Shown in pieces: positions 11,166-21,424 of a stretch of DNA of 64,000 bases (the stretch's first letter is position 1; every line of letters begins with the position of its first letter). Below the pieces are notes generated by a model. That model had not been told where the DNA came from. It did no database searches and saw only the letters and a program-made list of their open reading frames with translations. The position numbers and the translations under genes are program-made. Source of the DNA: Nitrospirota bacterium (GTDB lineage Bacteria; Nitrospirota; Thermodesulfovibrionia; UBA6902); the NCBI GenBank assembly GCA_016207885.1, contig JACQZE010000005.1:197158-261157 (forward strand), in the 5' to 3' direction.

Positions 11166-12248
11166 ATGATAAACGCTCCTGAACATATAAAAAACATTAA
11201 ACCGTATGTGCCCGGAAAGCCGATAGAAGAGCTTGAGAGGGAACTCGGGATAACGGGTTCCATAAAGCTTGCTTCCAATGAAAGCCCTATAGGGCCTTCA
11301 CCACTTGCGGTCAAGGCGCTTGCCGAAGGCATAAATGACCTTAACAGGTATCCTGACGGAAGCTGCTACAATCTGAAGACGGCGCTGTCTCAAAAGCTCG
11401 GCATCACTTCTGATGAGATCATCTTCGGCAACGGCTCCAATGAGATAATCGAGCTGGCTGTCAGGACATTTTTGAGCCCGGGTGATGAGGCGATAATGGC
11501 AAGCCCCTCTTTTGTCGTTTACCCTACTGTCACGCAGGCTGCGGGAGGAAAGAGCATAGTCGTACCGCTCAAAGACTACCGCCATGACCTCGATGCGATG
11601 GCATCTGCGATAACAGATAAGACAAAGGTCATATTCATTGCAAACCCTAACAATCCTACAGGCACGATAAACAACCGGGCAGAGATGGATGCCTTTATGG
11701 AGAGGGTTCCGGATAATGTGCTGGTAGTTATTGACGAGGCGTATTTTGAGTATGTCTCTTCACCTGATTATCCTGACAGCATGGATTATCTTAAGAAGGG
11801 CAGGCCGGTTCTGATACTGCGGACATTTTCCAAGATATACGGACTTGCAGGATTGAGGATAGGATACGGCATCGCCCATAGCTCCATAGTATCAGAGATG
11901 AACAAGGTGCGGCAGCCGTTTAATATAAACTCACTTGCACAGAGGGCAGCCCTTGCCGCGCTTGAAGATGTAGAACATGTTGAGAAGGCGAGGAAGACAA
12001 ATGAAGATGGAAAAGAATTTCTATACAAAGAACTCAGATCAATGGGGATCGATTGTCTTCCCACAGAGGCAAATTTCATATATATTATCTTAAAGGATGA
12101 TACAGCGCTTCAGCTTTATAATGAGCTATTGAAAAAGGGCGTTATAATAAGGCCGATGGGCAAGCGTGAATTAAGGATAACGATCGGCCTTGCCGATGAG
12201 AATAAAAGGTTTTTAGACGCGTTAAAGGCTGTAACGAGTGATCTGTAA
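11166..12248 (+). CDS. hisC: Histidinol-phosphate aminotransferase
   Basis: KLASNE, GNGSNE, NPNNPTG, DEAY and RTFSKIYGLAGLRIGY motifs. Confidence 0.95.
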   Translation: MINAPEHIKNIKPYVPGKPIEELERELGITGSIKLASNESPIGPSPLAVKALAEGINDLNRYPDGSCYNLKTALSQKLGITSDEIIFGNGSNEIIELAVRTFLSPGDEAIMASPSFVVYPTVTQAAGGKSIVVPLKDYRHDLDAMASAITDKTKVIFIANPNNPTGTINNRAEMDAFMERVPDNVLVVIDEAYFEYVSSPDYPDSMDYLKKGRPVLILRTFSKIYGLAGLRIGYGIAHSSIVSEMNKVRQPFNINSLAQRAALAALEDVEHVEKARKTNEDGKEFLYKELRSMGIDCLPTEANFIYIILKDDTALQLYNELLKKGVIIRPMGKRELRITIGLADENKRFLDALKAVTSDL

Positions 12249-12282
12249 TCAATAATGAGAGTACGGTTTTTATGGAGGAGTT

Positions 12283-13308
12283 ATGGACATTATAGTACTT
12301 AAACCAAAGGCAACTGCAAAAGAGAAGAGGAATATAGTTAAGCGGCTTAAACAGATGGGTTTTGACGCCCATCTTTCAACAGGCACAGAAAGAACGGTCA
12401 TCGGTGTCATAGGCGATACCTCAAAGGTCTCGGAAGATGAGAGCCGTTCATTTGAGGCGTTAAACGGTGTTGAGAAGGTGCACAGGATAACACAGCCGTA
12501 CAGGCTCGCAAGCAGGAACTTCCAGCAGAAGGATTCGCTTATAAAGGTCGGCAGGCATGTAATCGGCGGGAAGCGGATACATGTCATGGCAGGCCCGTGC
12601 TCTGTTGAGAACAGGGCGAACCTCATCAATGTAGCACAGGATGTTAAGAAGGCGGGGGCGACATTTTTAAGGGGCGGGGCGTTTAAGCCGAGGACATCTC
12701 CGTACAGCTTTCAGGGGCTTGGAGAAGAAGGGCTTGAGATACTCGCTGAGGCGCGCGAGAAGACAGGGCTCCCTGTTGTAACTGAGATAATGGATCCGAG
12801 GGACATAGGCCTCATAATCAAACATGTCGATATTATCCAGATCGGCGCGAGGAATATGCAGAACTTCAGGCTGCTTCAGGAGGTCGGCTCTTACAATAAG
12901 CCGGTTCTTCTCAAGAGGGGGCTTTCAGCTACCATAAAAGAGCTTCTCATGGCTGCCGAATACATTATGGCGCAGGGCAACAGCAAGGTCATACTCTGCG
13001 AGAGGGGTATAAGGACATTTGAAACAGCAACAAGGAACACGCTTGACCTCAGCGCCGTTCCGGTACTGAAGGAACTTACTCATTTACCAATTGTTATTGA
13101 CCCGAGCCATGCTGTAGGCAGATGGGAGTTTGTAGCCACTATGGCAAAGGCTGCTGTAGCTGCCGGAGCTGACGGGCTCATGATCGAGGTGCATGCAAAC
13201 CCTGAAGAGGCGTTCTCTGACGGCGAGCAGTCATTGAAGCCTGCTAAATTCAAGACGCTTATGAAGGAGCTCAAGGCTGTTGCAAAGGCTGTGGGCAGAG
13301 AGATATAA
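12283..13308 (+). CDS. aroF: DAHP synthase (class I-beta, with N-terminal ferredoxin-like domain)
   Basis: [30 protein letters not shown] and DPSH motifs. Confidence 0.96.
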   Translation: MDIIVLKPKATAKEKRNIVKRLKQMGFDAHLSTGTERTVIGVIGDTSKVSEDESRSFEALNGVEKVHRITQPYRLASRNFQQKDSLIKVGRHVIGGKRIHVMAGPCSVENRANLINVAQDVKKAGATFLRGGAFKPRTSPYSFQGLGEEGLEILAEAREKTGLPVVTEIMDPRDIGLIIKHVDIIQIGARNMQNFRLLQEVGSYNKPVLLKRGLSATIKELLMAAEYIMAQGNSKVILCERGIRTFETATRNTLDLSAVPVLKELTHLPIVIDPSHAVGRWEFVATMAKAAVAAGADGLMIEVHANPEEAFSDGEQSLKPAKFKTLMKELKAVAKAVGREI

Positions 13309-13320
13309 AGAGGAAATAAA

Positions 13321-14175
13321 ATGAATTTGGAAAAGATAACAATCATCGGTGTCGGCCTGCTTGGCAGTTCGTTCGCCCTCTCATTAAAGAGGGTCGGTAT
13401 CAACGCCATTATCACCGGTGTCGGCAGGAATGAGGAGAACCTCATAAAGGCGGAAGAATTAGGGATAATAGATGAATACAGCACAGTAGCGGCTGACGGT
13501 GTGATAGGCGCTGACCTTGTCCTGCTTGCAGCTCCTGTCGGCCAGTTTGAAAATATTGTCGATGACATAAGATATGAGTTAAAAAAAGGGGCGATAGTCT
13601 CTGATGTCGGAAGCGTAAAAGGCGGGCTGGTGGGAAGGCTGGATGCGTTAATGCCCGAAGGCGTGAGCTTTGTCGGCGCGCATCCGATAGCCGGCGGGGA
13701 GAGGCAGGGATTAGAGGCGGCCACATCCGAGCTCTTCTGGGGGGCAAAATGCATTATCACTCCGACTCCGGATACTGACAAGGACGCGCTGGAGGATATC
13801 ACCGAACTCTGGAAGCAGCTTGGCGCAAGGGTGTTGCACATGACCCCTGATGAGCATGATGAGGTCTATTCCGCTGTAAGCCATCTGCCGCATGTCCTGG
13901 CATACGCGCTTGTAAATTCCATAAGCAGCATCAGGGAAGACATACTTGATTTTGGCGGCAGAGGGCTCAAGGATATGACAAGGATAGCTCTGAGCCCTAC
14001 TGAGCTCTGGAAAGACATATGCTCACAGAACAGGGAGCACATACTAAAGTCGCTTAACGACTTCTCCTCTAATATCTCCGGCATCATAAAACGGTTTGAA
14101 AAGTCGGACTGGAAAGGGCTTGAGGAAGAATTTAAAAGAGCAAAAGAGGCGAGACAGCGTCTTGAATCAGATTAA
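13321..14175 (+). CDS. tyrA: Prephenate dehydrogenase
   Basis: GVGLLGSS, DVGSVK, HPIAG and HD...SHLPH motifs. Confidence 0.93.
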   Translation: MNLEKITIIGVGLLGSSFALSLKRVGINAIITGVGRNEENLIKAEELGIIDEYSTVAADGVIGADLVLLAAPVGQFENIVDDIRYELKKGAIVSDVGSVKGGLVGRLDALMPEGVSFVGAHPIAGGERQGLEAATSELFWGAKCIITPTPDTDKDALEDITELWKQLGARVLHMTPDEHDEVYSAVSHLPHVLAYALVNSISSIREDILDFGGRGLKDMTRIALSPTELWKDICSQNREHILKSLNDFSSNISGIIKRFEKSDWKGLEEEFKRAKEARQRLESD

Positions 14176-15451
14176 AGTCTGCCACAGCAACCCGCTTAAA
14201 GGTGAGGCCTCCCCTCCTCCTGACAAGTCCATATCACACCGCGCAGTAATATTTTCTTCCCTTGCAGAGGGCAGGAGCGTCATTGAAAACTTTCTCGCTG
14301 CCGAGGACCCGATGCGGACTCTTGAAGCATTCAGGCAGATGGGTATAGATATCGAGCAGTCCAATGATGGAGGGACTGTGACTATCAATGGCAAAGGCTT
14401 GAACGGCCTGTCCGCGCCTGACGGTGCGATAGACTGCGGCAATTCCGGCACAACAATGAGGATGATGAGCGGCGTGCTTTCGGGACAGCCGTTCTCCTCA
14501 ACGCTTACAGGCGACAGATATCTTCTTAAACGTCCCATGCAGAGGGTGATCAGCCCGCTTGCAAAGATGGGCGCTGTCATTACTTCTGAAGCAGGAGGGT
14601 TTCCGCCGCTTCATATTAAAGGCGGAAATCTCAGCCCTGTAAAATACAATTCTCCCGTAGCCAGCGCGCAGGTCAAATCCTCAATCCTTCTTGCAGGACT
14701 CTACTGTAACGGTATAACCACTGTTGTTGAACCAGAGAAGTCCAGAGACCATACCGAAAGGATGCTCAGGGCTGCCGGCGTTGATATTAATGTGCAAGGG
14801 CTTGAAGTGAGCATTAAAGGCCGTGCCAAATTAAACCCTATGGATATAAGAGTGCCCGCTGATTTTTCATCAGCCGCCTTCTTTATCGTTGCCGGCCTGA
14901 TTGTTCCCGGTTCCGAGGTATTGATCAAAGATGTCGGTATAAATCAGACAAGAACCGGCCTGCTTGATATTCTGATAATGATGGGGGCATCTGTTCAGCT
15001 CCTGAACCAGAGGGATATTTCCGGCGAGCCGGTTGCTGATATACTTGTAAAGCACTCAAGCCTCTCAGGCATAGAGACAGGCGGTGAGATGCTCTTAAGG
15101 GCTATTGATGAATTTCCGATACTCTGTGTCGCAGCCGCATTGGCAGAGGGCACAACAAAGATAACAGGCGCTCAAGAACTCAGGGTAAAAGAGTCGGACA
15201 GGATTGCGGCAATGGCATCGGAACTTGCGAAGATGGGTGTTAAGGTTGAAGAACTTCCCGACGGCATCATAATCGAAGGAAGAGATAATCTTGATGCAGC
15301 AGATGTCAGCAGCCACGGAGACCACAGGATAGCTATGTCAATGATCGTTGCGGGGTTTATGGCAAAAGGCGAGACTACGGTTGACGACACAGACTGCATA
15401 GATACCTCCTTCCCCGGCTTTATGGATATGATTAATAGGCTTAAAGAATAA
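14162..15451 (+). CDS. aroA: EPSP synthase
   Basis: DKSISHR, GNSGTTMR, SAQVKS, RDHTERML, KESDR and DHRIAM. Probable TTG start overlapping tyrA. Confidence 0.97.
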   Translation: MNQIKVCHSNPLKGEASPPPDKSISHRAVIFSSLAEGRSVIENFLAAEDPMRTLEAFRQMGIDIEQSNDGGTVTINGKGLNGLSAPDGAIDCGNSGTTMRMMSGVLSGQPFSSTLTGDRYLLKRPMQRVISPLAKMGAVITSEAGGFPPLHIKGGNLSPVKYNSPVASAQVKSSILLAGLYCNGITTVVEPEKSRDHTERMLRAAGVDINVQGLEVSIKGRAKLNPMDIRVPADFSSAAFFIVAGLIVPGSEVLIKDVGINQTRTGLLDILIMMGASVQLLNQRDISGEPVADILVKHSSLSGIETGGEMLLRAIDEFPILCVAAALAEGTTKITGAQELRVKESDRIAAMASELAKMGVKVEELPDGIIIEGRDNLDAADVSSHGDHRIAMSMIVAGFMAKGETTVDDTDCIDTSFPGFMDMINRLKE

Positions 15452-15493
15452 AGAAAATTACAGCGTTGCAGATTTGATTTTCAGATGATGCAT

Positions 15494-16390
15494 TTATAGT
15501 TTATAATCTCCGATCTTCCAAACGCCTTTTTCACGGAACGCCGGAATAGTCTGCCTGCGGGCGGCGTTAAGCAGTGTGTTGATCGATTTTTTATGCGCCT
15601 TTGCGAAATTTGCAAGCGGGGTTATCTCTTCGCCGCGAAGATAGGCAATTCTTTTATGGAGCGATTCCGTCAGGGCGAGCGTTACGATCTTTTCCATCGT
15701 CTTTGTATTTTTTGAATTGCGGTATTCACTGAACGATGCGTAATAACTCCTCTTCTCTTTGTCCCGAATAATGATGCAGGGGAAACCGGAACGCATGAGC
15801 TGAAAATTAATGATCACTCGGCCCATTCTGCCGTTACCGTCGCAGAACGGATGGATCGTTTCAAAATCGAGATGAAATTTTGCTATCCTGTCGGCAAAAT
15901 AATTATGGTGATCTGAGGAAAATTCCAGCAGGATCGCCTCCATCATTCGTTCGACGTTTTCCGGAGCCGGAGCGATATGTGTTCCTACTCGGACATATTC
16001 GCCTGTGGTGCGGAAACGCCCTGCGATAGCATCATTGATATTACCGATCAGCATTTTATGAAGAAGCTGGATCATATCCATGGAAAGCTCCGAGTTCAAT
16101 GCTTTGCTTCTGGTGTATTCCATCACCCATGCGAGATTTTTTGCTTCAAAAACTTCCCGCACAGAAACATTACGGGTAACTTCCATTTCAAGCAGAATGC
16201 GTTCTGTCTCCTTCAATGTAAGCGTTGAATTCTCGATGGCGTTCGAGTTGAAAACGCTTTCAGAAAGCTCGGACTCATCAATAAGTTTAAGTAAAGATTC
16301 TTTGCCTTTGCCAAGCCGGTCGTATTCGGTTTTAAGAGCTTTGATCTCGTTCTTTACAGGATTTGTCGTTGTCATAAAGACAATATACAT
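15494..16390 (-). CDS. Fic-domain protein (AMPylase)
   Basis: Canonical HPFCDGNGRMGR motif and N-terminal inhibitory SNAIEN motif. Confidence 0.93.
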   Translation of the reverse strand: MYIVFMTTTNPVKNEIKALKTEYDRLGKGKESLLKLIDESELSESVFNSNAIENSTLTLKETERILLEMEVTRNVSVREVFEAKNLAWVMEYTRSKALNSELSMDMIQLLHKMLIGNINDAIAGRFRTTGEYVRVGTHIAPAPENVERMMEAILLEFSSDHHNYFADRIAKFHLDFETIHPFCDGNGRMGRVIINFQLMRSGFPCIIIRDKEKRSYYASFSEYRNSKNTKTMEKIVTLALTESLHKRIAYLRGEEITPLANFAKAHKKSINTLLNAARRQTIPAFREKGVWKIGDYKL

Positions 16391-16547
16391 GATTAACGTG
16401 ATTATGTCAAAACATCGTTAATTTGACGTGAAATAGCCTGTAATTAACTTGTTATCTGTAGCCATACGCTAAAGGCTTTGCTCAGCATTGTATGGCGGAT
16501 AGCTAATAGTACAGAGACAACACTCGTCGTATATCCTGAAAAGCCTA

Positions 16548-16667
16548 ATGAGATTGGCCATAGACACCGGCATACTCATCGCAGTCCCTCTTAAAGATTT
16601 CACAACGAAAATTATTTGTTTGCAACCTGTTACGGCTTTATGTATCATATATTTGCTTGCGGGATAA
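16548..16667 (+). pseudogene. Probable PIN/VapC toxin 5' remnant
   Basis: MRLAIDTGILIAVPLKDFTTKII resembles a PIN N-terminus (hhhDTxhhh), then degenerates; 39 aa. Confidence 0.4.
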
Positions 16668-16699
16668 ATTAGACATATAATTAACAACATGGAGCTATT

Positions 16700-17092
16700 A
16701 TGAACATTGAATTTCTCTTGGGAATCATTGCCGGTTTTCTTTTTTTCCTTCTGCTCTTTTTAATTCCTGCCATATTGCAGATTAAAAGGACCGCAAGGGC
16801 TGCGGAAGACCTGCTCAATACCACAAATCAGTCTCTTGCCCCGCTATTAACAGATCTCCGGGAGACGGTTGAGAGGACAAATCATGTTATTTTAAAGTTG
16901 GATGAATCAATGGACAACGTGCAGAACCTGACAAAATCCATAGGAGAAACAGGGGCGATTATTTCTGACATAAACAGTTTTGTGAGAAAGATCCAGATGC
17001 TTGTTTCATTTACAACACTGGGTTTCAGTTCCGGCATAAAGACAGCCCTGGGCGTTCTTACGCAGGGGATCATAAAAAAGGGAGGGAAATAG
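16700..17092 (+). CDS. DUF948 (YoxC-like) protein
   Basis: N-terminal transmembrane helix plus coiled coil; paired with YtxH. Confidence 0.8.
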   Translation: MNIEFLLGIIAGFLFFLLLFLIPAILQIKRTARAAEDLLNTTNQSLAPLLTDLRETVERTNHVILKLDESMDNVQNLTKSIGETGAIISDINSFVRKIQMLVSFTTLGFSSGIKTALGVLTQGIIKKGGK

Positions 17093-17093
17093 A

Positions 17094-17405
17094 ATGAGCG
17101 AGGAAAGAGGATATTCGGCAGGCAGTGTTATTCTTGCATTTGTATTAGGCGGTATAGTCGGCGCAGGCGTGGCTTTATTAACAGCGCCGCAGTCAGGAAG
17201 AGAGACAAGGGAGAAGCTTATGGAGTTTGCCGATGACGGCAGAAAAAAGGTTTCTGAGTACGCAGGGCAGGCAAAAGAAAAATTCTCTTCCGCAGTGGAC
17301 AGCGGAAAACATTTCATGGAAGACAAGAAGTCATTGATCGCAAACGCTTACGAAGCCGGCAAAGAAGCTTACAGTAAAGAAAAAGAGAGACAGACAAAGG
17401 GATAA
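17094..17405 (+). CDS. YtxH-domain protein
   Basis: FVLGGIVGAGVALLTAPQSGRETR signature. Confidence 0.92.
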   Translation: MSEERGYSAGSVILAFVLGGIVGAGVALLTAPQSGRETREKLMEFADDGRKKVSEYAGQAKEKFSSAVDSGKHFMEDKKSLIANAYEAGKEAYSKEKERQTKG

Positions 17406-17416
17406 TTGTTATAGAT

Positions 17417-17444
17417 GGGTAGTCCCTTTGTATCGGGACTACCC
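17417..17444 (+). terminator. Hairpin downstream of the YtxH gene
   Basis: GGGTAGTCCC-N8-GGGACTACCC, a 10-bp stem; no clear U-tract. Confidence 0.55.
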
Positions 17445-17461
17445 GAAGCATCTGCTTTCCC

Positions 17462-17577
17462 TGCGGGTTGAATTTTGCAAATTGAACCCAATATTCCGGT
17501 TATCTATTAACCCATTGCATACTTGCAGTATTCTGCTTATTCATAACATAGGGTTCAGCTTACAAACCTGACCCGCA
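17462..17577. repeat. Degenerate inverted REP-like pair
   Basis: TGCGGGTTGAATTTTGCAAATTGAACCC at 17462 versus GGGTTCAGCTTACAAACCTGACCCGCA at 17551 (an approximate reverse complement). Confidence 0.5.
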
Positions 17578-17606
17578 AATGTTTTCTGGATATTACTGGA
17601 TCGATC

Positions 17607-18254
17607 ATGAAGAATGTCATAACTATAGACGGGCCTTCCGGCTCAGGAAAGGGCACCATATCAAAGATGCTTGCCAAACGCCTCGGTTACAGCTATCTTG
17701 ATACCGGAGCTCTTTACAGGGCCGTTGCCTGGAAGGTGAAGAATGACGGCGCAGACCCTGATGATGAAGCGTCGCTGAAAAAAATTCTCCACGAGATAGA
17801 GATCACATTCAATGGGCAAAAGGTACTTGTCGGCGGGCAGGATATTACAGCCGAAATAAGGACAGCAGAAATCGGGGAACTCAGTTCAAAGGTTTCAGCC
17901 ATCCCCATGGTAAGGGAAGGCCTCTTCTCCATACAGAGAGAGATGGGCCTTAAGGGGAAGATAGTTATCGAAGGCAGGGATGCAGGCACAGCCATCTTTC
18001 CTGAATCCGAGAATAAATTTTATCTTGACGCGAGCCTGGAAGAGAGGGCAAGAAGAAGGTTTGAGGAACTTAAAGCCAAAGACCCTGAAATTACTCTCCG
18101 GGAAACGATTGAAGACATTAAAAAAAGGGACCACAGAGACTCAACAAGGGACACTTCTCCATTGACCAGAACCGCTGATATGGTTTATATAGATTCAACA
18201 AACCTTAGTAAAGAAGAGGTCGTACAAGAGATCGTGAAGGCATTAAAGGCATAG
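17607..18254 (+). CDS. cmk: Cytidylate kinase
   Basis: IDGPSGSGKGT, LDTGALYR, EGRD and RDHRD motifs. Confidence 0.97.
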   Translation: MKNVITIDGPSGSGKGTISKMLAKRLGYSYLDTGALYRAVAWKVKNDGADPDDEASLKKILHEIEITFNGQKVLVGGQDITAEIRTAEIGELSSKVSAIPMVREGLFSIQREMGLKGKIVIEGRDAGTAIFPESENKFYLDASLEERARRRFEELKAKDPEITLRETIEDIKKRDHRDSTRDTSPLTRTADMVYIDSTNLSKEEVVQEIVKALKA

Positions 18255-18356
18255 GGATTAATTGTAGCTTGTTGAATTGATTAATTTTTTTTTCTAAATA
18301 CTATATAATAATGTTCCTTGCCTGACTAAATCTTACAGGAGAAGCATAACCGTATA

Positions 18357-19007
18357 TTGCAGAGCAGAAGGCTGATATCTGATTTTTTCTATAGATTTTT
18401 CTCACTGGTCATAAGAATAATATTACGTATTAACGGCGGGCTTGAAGTCATAGGCAGAGAGAACATACCGCTTGAAGGCGGTGTGATAATAGCCGCCAAC
18501 CATGTCAGCTATCTGGATCCTCCATTGATAGGTTCGGTGCTTCCAAGAAGAGGCACCTTTATTGCGATGAAGGAGCTTTTTGACATGCCTTTGCTCGGCA
18601 GGGTCATAAGGCATTATGCATTTCCTGTTGAAGAGGGCGGCACACGCCCCTCTGTCATTAAAAAGACGATCAGCAGGCTCAGGGCGGGTGAACTTATTAC
18701 TATATTTCCTGAAGGGCAGAGAAGCGTAACAGGCAAGCTTCTCAAGGCGAAACGCGGGATAGGGATGCTGGCTTCCATGAGTAACGCGCCTGTTGTACCG
18801 GCCCTTATAACAGGGGCGAATATTGCGCTTCCGTTTAATGCGAAGTGGCTGAGGCGCGCCAGGATATCGGTGATCTTCGGCAGGCCTGTTTATCCTGTCA
18901 TGGCTGAGGGCGCTGATAATAAAAATGAAGGGTATGAAAAAATCAGCGATCAGGTGATGTCGGCGATACGAGAGATCAAAGAGAGATATGGAGATAATAG
19001 TAGCTAA
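18357..19007 (+). CDS. plsC: 1-acyl-sn-glycerol-3-phosphate acyltransferase
   Basis: NHVSYLDP and FPEGQRS motifs. Confidence 0.9.
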   Translation: MQSRRLISDFFYRFFSLVIRIILRINGGLEVIGRENIPLEGGVIIAANHVSYLDPPLIGSVLPRRGTFIAMKELFDMPLLGRVIRHYAFPVEEGGTRPSVIKKTISRLRAGELITIFPEGQRSVTGKLLKAKRGIGMLASMSNAPVVPALITGANIALPFNAKWLRRARISVIFGRPVYPVMAEGADNKNEGYEKISDQVMSAIREIKERYGDNSS

Positions 19008-19827
19008 AAAAGCGGGATTCTGTTTCGGGGTCAGGCGCGCGGTAGATACTACTTTTAAGCTTGCTGAAGAGGGGAAGGAAGGGATATTTACTTTCGGACC
19101 GCTGATCCACAATCCTCAGGTCGTAGATAAACTGAAGAATGAAGGCGTCTCTCAGACTGATGATATCAGCTCTAAGGACATTAAAACTCTTATTATCAGG
19201 ACGCACGGCGTTTCGCCGGATATATATACTAAAGCCAGGCAGGTCGGGTACAAGCTTATTGACGCTACATGCCCTTTTGTAAAAAAGGCCCAGAGTTATG
19301 CAAAGACATTAAGCGAAGAAGGCTATCAGGTTCTGATAATAGGAGACAGGGAACATCCCGAGGTTCAGGGGCTGATAGGTTTTGCCGGTGATGACGTTGT
19401 CACTGTCAGCAGAAGAGAGCCCTTGCCTCCGATAAAGAAGAAGGTCGGGATAATTGTTCAGACAACCCAGCCGTTTGAAGTGTTTAAAGATATTGTTGAC
19501 AAGGTCATAAGCACGGCGATGGAGCTGAAAATATATAATACGATATGCGATTATACAGCCCGCAGGGTTGAAGAAACAAAAGAGCTGTCGAAAAAGGTGG
19601 ATGTTATGATAGTTGTCGGCGGGAAGAACAGCGCGAACACCACACAGCTTGTAAATATTTCGAAACAGGGTTGTGAAAATGTATTTCATATTGAAACGTC
19701 TGAAGAACTGGATAAAGAGTGGTTCGCCGGCGTAGAAAAGGCCGGAATTACAGGGGGGGCGTCTACTCCGCAGTGGATCATTGATGATGTTGTAAAAAAA
19801 ATAAAAGAAATATCTTTCGGGAGGTAA
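18988..19827 (+). CDS. ispH: 4-hydroxy-3-methylbut-2-enyl diphosphate reductase
   Basis: GFCFGVRRA, DATCPFV, NTIC and GASTP motifs. Confidence 0.97.
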   Translation: MEIIVAKKAGFCFGVRRAVDTTFKLAEEGKEGIFTFGPLIHNPQVVDKLKNEGVSQTDDISSKDIKTLIIRTHGVSPDIYTKARQVGYKLIDATCPFVKKAQSYAKTLSEEGYQVLIIGDREHPEVQGLIGFAGDDVVTVSRREPLPPIKKKVGIIVQTTQPFEVFKDIVDKVISTAMELKIYNTICDYTARRVEETKELSKKVDVMIVVGGKNSANTTQLVNISKQGCENVFHIETSEELDKEWFAGVEKAGITGGASTPQWIIDDVVKKIKEISFGR

Positions 19828-19841
19828 TATAATACACAGCT

Positions 19842-21419
19842 ATGGAAATACAAAATGATAATTTCGAAAAACTTTATGCCGACACATTCAATAATCTGCA
19901 TGAAGGCTCAATTGTAAGGGGCAAAGTTCTGCAGGTCAAGTCTGACGGCGTAATAGTTGATGTGGGATACAAGCGGGAAGGGTTCATCCCGATCGGAGAG
20001 CTTCTTGATGATGAATATAAAAGCCTTGTGGCAGAGGATGAGATCGACGTCCATGTTACCGGCCTTCATGACAAACAGGGCTTTATCAAGTTATCCCGGC
20101 AGAAGGCTGCCGCGGAAAAGACATGGTCAAACCTTGAAGACGCGCTTAACAGCGGGAATCAGGTGAATGGCAGGATAACCGGGAAGGTTAAGGGCGGGAT
20201 GACAGTCAGCATAGGAGGGGTAATGGCCTTCCTTCCGGGCTCCCAGATCGACCTGAAGGTGATAAGGGATACAGACTCTCTTATCGGCCAGACGCTGGCA
20301 TTCAGGGTCATCAAGCTGGACCAGAAGACCTCTAATGTGATCATATCAAGGCGCGTTATCCTCGAGGAGGAGCGCAATAAACAGAAAGATGTCACGCTTG
20401 TTAATATAAAAGAAGGCGCTGTAATGAAAGGGACCGTAAAGAACCTGACCGACTACGGCGCTTTTATAGACCTCGGCGGGATAGACGGCCTTCTTCATAT
20501 ATCCGATATGTCATGGGGCAGGATCAGCCATCCGAGCGAACTCTTCAGCGTAGATGATGAGATCGATGTCGTTGTGCTCAGTTTCGACCCTGCGACAGAA
20601 AAGGTGACGCTTGGGTATAAACAGAGAAAATCTGACCCATGGATGTCTGTTGAGGCAAAATATCCTCTTGGCGCAAAGGTCTCAGGCAAGGTCATAGGCA
20701 TTACCGACTATGGCGTATTTGTAGAGCTTGAGGAAGGTGTCGAGGGCCTTGTGCATGTCAGCGAGTTAGACTGGGTCGAGAAGGTCAAGAAACCATCCAA
20801 GTATTTCTCAATAGGCGAGATCGTAGAGACATCCGTTCTTTCGGTCAACAGCAGCGACAAGAAGATATCGCTCAGCATAAAGCAGCTTAAAGCTAATCCC
20901 TGGGATCTTGTAAAAGAGAAGTACGCTGTCGGCCAGAAGGTCAAAGGGACTGTAAAGAGCTTCACTGACTTCGGCGCATTTATCGGCCTGGATGAGGGCG
21001 TTGACGCACTGCTTCACATCTCTGATCTTTCCTGGGTCAGGCATATCAGGCACCCGTCCGATGTTCTTGAGAAGGGGCAGGAGATAGAGGTCGCAATCAT
21101 AGAGGTAGATGCCGACAAGAGAAGGATATCTGTCGGCTTAAAGAGCCTGACGCCTGACCCGTGGATAACTGAGATACCTAACAAGTACGGGCTTGGCGAT
21201 CCGGTAACGGGCAAGGTTACAAATGTTGCTGATTTCGGGGTTTTTGTTGAGCTTAAAGAGGGCGTCGAGGCGCTGCTGCATATATCCGAGATCGATAAAA
21301 AGCCCAGTGAAAAGACAGAGGATATCTTTAAGCCAGGCGATGAACTGACAGCGCGGATAATTCATATTGATCTGGATAACAGAAAGATCGGCCTCAGCAC
21401 CAAGACTATGGCAGGCTAA
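19842..21419 (+). CDS. rpsA: 30S ribosomal protein S1
   Basis: Tandem S1 repeats (DYGAFIDL, GLLHISD, etc.). Confidence 0.97.
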   Translation: MEIQNDNFEKLYADTFNNLHEGSIVRGKVLQVKSDGVIVDVGYKREGFIPIGELLDDEYKSLVAEDEIDVHVTGLHDKQGFIKLSRQKAAAEKTWSNLEDALNSGNQVNGRITGKVKGGMTVSIGGVMAFLPGSQIDLKVIRDTDSLIGQTLAFRVIKLDQKTSNVIISRRVILEEERNKQKDVTLVNIKEGAVMKGTVKNLTDYGAFIDLGGIDGLLHISDMSWGRISHPSELFSVDDEIDVVVLSFDPATEKVTLGYKQRKSDPWMSVEAKYPLGAKVSGKVIGITDYGVFVELEEGVEGLVHVSELDWVEKVKKPSKYFSIGEIVETSVLSVNSSDKKISLSIKQLKANPWDLVKEKYAVGQKVKGTVKSFTDFGAFIGLDEGVDALLHISDLSWVRHIRHPSDVLEKGQEIEVAIIEVDADKRRISVGLKSLTPDPWITEIPNKYGLGDPVTGKVTNVADFGVFVELKEGVEALLHISEIDKKPSEKTEDIFKPGDELTARIIHIDLDNRKIGLSTKTMAG

Positions 21420-21424
21420 GTTTC

